From assembly GCA_030141605.1 (NCBI GenBank), contig JAQGDQ010000423.1, positions 22,177 through 86,176 on the forward strand: a stretch of DNA of 64,000 nucleotides, in the 5' to 3' direction. Under the pieces are notes generated by a model. The model saw nothing but the letters and a program-made list of their open reading frames with translations, searched no databases and was not told the origin of the DNA. Shown here piece by piece: positions 59,201 to 64,000 of this stretch. Source of the stretch: Tubiluchus corallicola (Eukaryota > Animalia > Priapulida). Both the position numbers and the translations under genes were made by a program. Each line of letters opens with the position of its first letter. Position 1 is the first letter of the stretch.

Positions 59201-60522
59201 TCTCTCAAAATAAACATAAGCAAAAGTAATACATAAATATAAATAATAACATTTCTAAACAGATATGACTCAAACGCACAACTATGCACGCTATGGTATG
59301 TTTTTAATATGAAATTTATATAACAAATTTGAAATGCTAATGGGATAAACAGTATGCAAAATATTCAAAAACATATGGTACTTTACCTCTCTTTGTTTGC
59401 AGCTGTTGTATCCTTGAGAATACCTTTAATCCGTTTGGGTGGAGGCTCATTCTCATCCTCATCTGACGATATCAAACTGCTATCAGAAATGGCTTCCGCT
59501 TCTGTGCTAAGTAATTCCATCGTGTTGTCAAACTTTTCAGACTTGTCTGACAAACGCTGTTTAGAACTAGATTTGCTGTATCCTTTATTTTCATCTTCAC
59601 CTGATCTGTTGTCTGCTGAACTGGAATGAGGCGACTGCAAGTGAGAACTGGTCCTATCCATTCCCGGTTTCTGTAAAACGACCTCCGGTTCGGGGCTTTC
59701 ACTTTTTCTGCCCCTGTTAGAGCGGTAATTTCTTCGCCGGGCGTCATCTTTACTAGGCCTGCATTTTGTAGTTCTGAATTCACTGTTAGGTTTTTGCTGC
59801 GCGTCTGCTTTATGAGACTGTTTTAATGCAACTGTGTTTTTAACCGTGCTGTGTGTCCTGTTTTTAGACGGCGCATGCTGAGCAGGCTTGGGAGGAGTAC
59901 CCCTCTTCCTTTCCACTTGCTTTTCTATACTGGGCTTTTCACCGGCTTCCTGATTAGCTGCTTGCCTTTTTCTTGTTTCCAATTTAAGACTTTTGCTTGG
60001 CTTAGTTTCGAGTGGTTTACTGACATCACGCCGCTGCTTATCAGAAACTGCACACTTTTTCCCCTTCCCGAAATCTAATCCTGGAATTACTTCCATTTCC
60101 TCTTCTGCCTGCTTCTTGTGTTTTTTCTGAAGTTCCAACTTACTAGGTGACTTTTGCTTCTCAGCAACAGCTTGCGTTTCTGTGTTACCTGCTGGTTTTT
60201 TCCCACTTTTCAAGAACTCTTTCAACAGCTCCGTTTTCTTTACTAATTTTGTTTTAGGGCTGTCTTTCTTTACTGCCTGTTCTTCCTTTTTTGTAAGTGC
60301 TTCATTCTTCTTAGAAGACGGTTCATTTGGCACTGTTATTACTTCAGGTCTAAAAGGTGCAACTACTGCTTCAGCTGGTCGAGCGATCCTAGGATCGCGT
60401 ATGCGCGAACCCCTTAGACGAGGATCAGTGTTAGGCAAATGAACTGCAGATGCTGCTTTTACTGCCGGTCGTATGACCTTCTGAGCAGTTTCCTGCTGTT
60501 TCATAAGCAATTTCTCCGTTAA
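44246..60522 (-). CDS. PCF11: Pre-mRNA cleavage complex II protein Pcf11, 3' nine exons (5' CID exons not in window)
   Basis: Exons 60522-59387, 59166-57275, 56825-56688, 55810-55609, 54061-53878, 52009-51866, 51593-51501, 50210-50172 and 45772-44246, all phase-consistent. Motifs: DPRL/RDPR, D.D(Y/L)R, RFEG/FGAP/FGGP repeat region, VSSLLKKLLAAGIL, zinc finger 1 LYTGTQCSSCGMRF...YADHLDWHFRQN, Clp1-binding RKWYY...DW, zinc finger 2 CNICHEQFEQYWDEE...YHPGC. Confidence 0.93.
46262..46490. repeat. ~110-bp diverged tandem duplication
   Basis: ctagaattgctctcttt(t)ctacttattctcaata...tttgttatctgtcag occurs twice. Confidence 0.8.
48881..49493. mobile_element. Tc1/mariner-pogo type MITE family E
   Basis: TA|cagtcgaatccc...gggattcgactg|TA; a related end lies at ~23579. 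Confidence 0.78.
50258..50726. mobile_element. Tigger/pogo-like MITE
   Basis: TA|cagcgttccctc...gagggaacact(a)|TA with repeated tcgcgg subterminal motifs. Confidence 0.78.
52254..53243. repeat. 99-bp tandem repeat, 10 copies, intronic
   Basis: Unit starts ccacccattgtttgcctaacgacaga...gagtctagccatctcttccta. Confidence 0.95.
54176..54837. mobile_element. MITE family A copy 3
   Basis: TA|tgtgtgcttgcaatccaaaaccgtccataagtcagca...tgccgacttatggacgattttgcaatgcaagcacaca|TA. Confidence 0.9.
56094..56652 (+). mobile_element. 5'-truncated RTE-clade LINE insertion
   Basis: ORF FKYLGS...RIQCGWNNWRKVSGVICD...VVRPALIYGLEA...RLRWYGHLRR...RRRGRPKLRW; (GAA)n tail; perfect 15-bp TSD attcattgtattatt at 56079-56093 and 56653-56667. 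Confidence 0.92.
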
Positions 60523-61480
60523 CTGAAATGTGTTAAGAAACCATGAGAAACTTATAAATCCTCACTAATCTTATCTGAGCAATAAGTACAATAAGAAGTA
60601 AAATAATCAATATTTGTGTCACTATGTTGCGTGATCCGACGTAGACAATTTGTAAGTTTAGTTTCCAGACGAGCCCAACAAACTGATGCGGCTTATGTGT
60701 TTTTCATTCATGTTCATGTAATGGTTTTGTCTTAGAATTTTCATGCTACTTTATGTGCATGTTGCCTTGAATTCATTGTATCAAATAATTCAAATAGCCA
60801 TAATCTCCTATTTGAAAATTTTGCTTAGCATTCACATTAGCGGCATGCTTAAGTGTTATAAAATTTTATCAGAACATTTATGTAAATCACTCAAGTTGAT
60901 GAACAATTCGCAAAGTTGACGATACATTCGTTTACAAGCACTGATTTCTCACAAGCAGAATTAATTAACTCCAAACTCTGAGAAAAATTTATTAAATTAA
61001 TAAAAACAAGGAAACACGACATATGAAAATCCTGCACTAGAAAATGTTGCAAATCTTAGACAGACCTTGTTTATTTTTTACGCATATTTTTTGCTTATGT
61101 CGCAAATATGGAAATAAAGCTATAAATGAGAGAAAAAGGGAACAAAAATAAGAGGCAGTGTTGAGTGAGTTAATAAATTTTTAGAACAAACACACATTGG
61201 CACCAACATAACTTTAATGCGTGCATTTCCTACACAAGCTTTTCCTGTTTAATCACTTTTCATTGATGGGTCACCTCCATTAGCTGAACAATTAGATGTG
61301 CTGCAAATACTGCTGATGTTTAATATATTGCTAAGCAAGCACGCTATTCATGTGCAATGTTCCGACAATATGCCATTAGGCCACAGCAACTCCTATTGAC
61401 ATTAGCAAGACAGCTCAAAAAACAATCGTGTCAACAATCGTCTGACAAATCCTTGCTGCTAGTGACTCAAAGCTGTGCCG

Positions 61481-63133
61481 ATGGGCGAAATGGATTCTAG
61501 TATTCATAAAAGTGACAACACTGAAAATATGACAATGCTGGACAGACTGTTAAAATTTATGAGCAAGTCAACGATACACGGACTCGGTAACATAGCCAGT
61601 GCACAAAACAAGAGAAGGAAATGCGTGTGGTTAGTGGCATTTTTGTTACTAGTAGCAGCTTTCTTAATGTGTATTGGAACACAAGCAATGAAATATAAAA
61701 CCCGATATATCCATAGTAAAATAACAGAAATTGAAGGCAACTTGTTTGTATTCCCAGCGCTGACAATCTGTGCAAGACATACCAGTTTGGTTAACAGTCA
61801 GCAGGTGTTGAATCGACTTGAAGAATTAGTTGTACACGAAGGCCGCAACGTTACTGAAGCTTTTCAGATAATCCATGGGGAATTACCAACATATTTAAGC
61901 AAGCAGTTTTTTACAATCGAGTGCGAATTTGGAGTGAGTTTTATAGATGGAAAAGAAACTTACTGCGTAGAAATGTACACGACACACTATGACTTCTTGA
62001 GGGGGCACCCATGTGTTACCCTGTATCCAAACTCGTCTGATCTGTATATGGGCAAGTACGTTAAAGAAACAGGTCAAAGAAGTGCCATGGATGTGACATT
62101 AACAATAGCCGAAGAAGACTTGATGATGATACCAGATACCAAGGACAATGGAAAAATTGATTTCTCAACGCTAGGCTACCAATATGCCATACATCCACCA
62201 CAGACATATGCTGAAGTAAGTTTGCTACAGTTTGCCACAGCTGGTGAATATATTTTGAATGAGGTCAGAAACATAACTCACAAGAGGCTTAGCCAAACAG
62301 AAGGAGGATCTTGTATTAACTATCATAACTTAGATCCAGATGAGAGATTCAAACACTACGACATGTATGCCGAAAGCCTGAATTTAACATACTCAAAACT
62401 TACTTGCCTTGCGACAAGCGAGCAAAAACGTACTATAGAAAAATGCAACTGTGTGCAGTCATATCGATACATAACTAGAGAAGTGATTCAACTTGTCAAG
62501 CGAAGCAACACAAAAATACTACCATGCAGCACAAAGTGTAACGTTGCGCATGTAATTCACGGAGATGTGGCAGAGGACGACAAATGCTACTGTCAGTCAC
62601 AACATTTTCACAATCATGTTTATGAAAACAGTAACTGTCCTAACCCGTGTGAAGAAACAGAGTACGAGATTTTTCAGAACAAATTCGGAGGGCAATTTGT
62701 GGAATCTGATGATCGAGAATTTCAAGCACGATTGAAAGCAGCATATATCATGATAGCTGAGGAGCAGAAAAAGCCTGTTCTAGCACAAATGCTAGCAAAG
62801 GCATGGCGGATGGAAAACAACAGTAATCCTCAAAATGATGTGAAAGAATTATACAGAGATTTCAAATGGAAACGGCACAACTTGCGCAAGAACCGTTTTC
62901 GAGTGCAAATTAAGAATCGTGTAACTACTTTCATCACAGAAATCATGTCCTACACACTCACAGATTTTGGTTCGGATGCTGGAGGATTGGCTGGTCTGTT
63001 TCTTGGAGCATCTCTAATTGGGTGTCTTGAATGTCTGGAGCTAGTCATAGAGGTTATCAAATTGCCATTGACAAAACCCAAAAGACGCACCAGTGTAAGC
63101 GACCATCAACATGATAAATATGCAAATAAATGA
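61481..63133 (+). CDS. Intronless DEG/ENaC/ASIC-family (amiloride-sensitive) sodium channel subunit, ~550 aa, nested antisense in a PCF11 intron
   Basis: Single uninterrupted ORF with N-terminal STIHG (HG gating motif), TM1 (CVWLVAFLLLVAAFLMCIG), FPALTIC, Cys-rich thumb (YSKLTC..CNC..CPNPCEETEY) and TM2 with DAGGLAGLFLGAS selectivity filter. First ATG is at 61481. Confidence 0.92.
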   Translation: MGEMDSSIHKSDNTENMTMLDRLLKFMSKSTIHGLGNIASAQNKRRKCVWLVAFLLLVAAFLMCIGTQAMKYKTRYIHSKITEIEGNLFVFPALTICARHTSLVNSQQVLNRLEELVVHEGRNVTEAFQIIHGELPTYLSKQFFTIECEFGVSFIDGKETYCVEMYTTHYDFLRGHPCVTLYPNSSDLYMGKYVKETGQRSAMDVTLTIAEEDLMMIPDTKDNGKIDFSTLGYQYAIHPPQTYAEVSLLQFATAGEYILNEVRNITHKRLSQTEGGSCINYHNLDPDERFKHYDMYAESLNLTYSKLTCLATSEQKRTIEKCNCVQSYRYITREVIQLVKRSNTKILPCSTKCNVAHVIHGDVAEDDKCYCQSQHFHNHVYENSNCPNPCEETEYEIFQNKFGGQFVESDDREFQARLKAAYIMIAEEQKKPVLAQMLAKAWRMENNSNPQNDVKELYRDFKWKRHNLRKNRFRVQIKNRVTTFITEIMSYTLTDFGSDAGGLAGLFLGASLIGCLECLELVIEVIKLPLTKPKRRTSVSDHQHDKYANK

Positions 63134-64000
63134 TAAATACAGCTCAGCAGTCTAGTCTTTAAATATCAAAAGGTTAATTAAGCCTAAATTTAATATAAAT
63201 TATCATAAATATTAATTATTTGTATCACGATTATGTATTTTTACTAATATTATTGGTGTAGTACTCTTGTTAGAAAGTTGCAACTAGCACAAATTTCCAA
63301 ACCTTTGAATAACAGACAATAGGATGCAAGTCACAACAACCATAACGTGAAGTATATGAGGTTAGAAATGACATACTGTTCTTAGTTGAACTTCAAGTAG
63401 GTATTAGTTGTCCAAAATTGTTTTGCTTAAAGATTTTTGTTTAAAAACAGTACTTTTTAGGAATAGAAATTTAGCTGTGAAATTATTTATCAAACAGTCG
63501 ATGCCAGCACCTTAAAATAATTTTTCCAAATTATTATAGAATACATTGTTCCAAACCTGCCTGCTAGAGAATTGTTTGACTTATGCTACAAGCATATTAC
63601 GCTAAGACGATTGACAAACCATCGCTTCTCGGTGCTAGCAATGCCGATTGAACATTCCCAGAACACAAACTGTTGCCCAAATTTATCATTGCTGCAAAAT
63701 AGTTGATGCAGTACATGTTTTTAAACTGGCAACAGCTTATGCAACACAAAGGAAAAGTTATATAACTTGTATTGCACACAATAACAGCGAAAAATGAATA
63801 CGCACTTCTGTTTATGCGCTGCCGTGAACAACGAAATGAATAGCATCTTTTTAGTCATAATCAAATTTTAAACATTTTTTTTTATTTTGGAAGTGAAAAA
63901 TGAAAAAAATAGCCTGATATTTTTTCTTCGAACAATTTTGCTTGCTGAGCTAATTTTGTTCTATCAATTTTCATTATGTCCACCCCATTAGCTGAACAAT

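Noticed and set aside
60523-61400. Autoregulatory intronic poly(A) site as in vertebrate PCF11 intron 1
   Set aside because: AATAAA hexamers occur but are expected by chance at this AT content, and the intron number cannot be determined from the window.

Overview
AT-rich, intron-rich nuclear DNA from an animal (invertebrate-like), not a prokaryote; most long ORFs in the six-frame track are translations of tandem repeats. Splicing the sequence by hand (GT..AG, codon phases checked) gives five protein genes. (1) The last three coding exons of a NUDT14-like Nudix hydrolase (+, 580-5207). (2) A complete 16-exon NOC2L (-, 10134-31089, about 803 aa). (3) A 3-exon, 102-aa mitochondrial-type single-TM protein that is absent from the ORF track (+, 32581-39417); it resembles the deltamethrin-resistance prag01/CG7630 family (invertebrate COX7B counterpart) and is head-to-head with NOC2L. 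(4) The 3' nine exons of PCF11 (-, 44246-60522; the 5' CID exons are not in the window), ending in an unusually long acidic tail of about 508 aa. (5) An intronless DEG/ENaC/ASIC-family channel (+, 61481-63133) nested antisense in a PCF11 intron, with a hint of a second tandem copy starting at the window edge. Introns are packed with MITEs (TA, TTAA and 8-bp TSD types), a Helitron-like element, RTE/CR1/L2 LINE pieces, tRNA-derived SINEs, two long hairpins and more than 15 mini/microsatellites. There is no CRISPR array, rRNA or bona fide tRNA. All family assignments come from motif recognition, not database searches.
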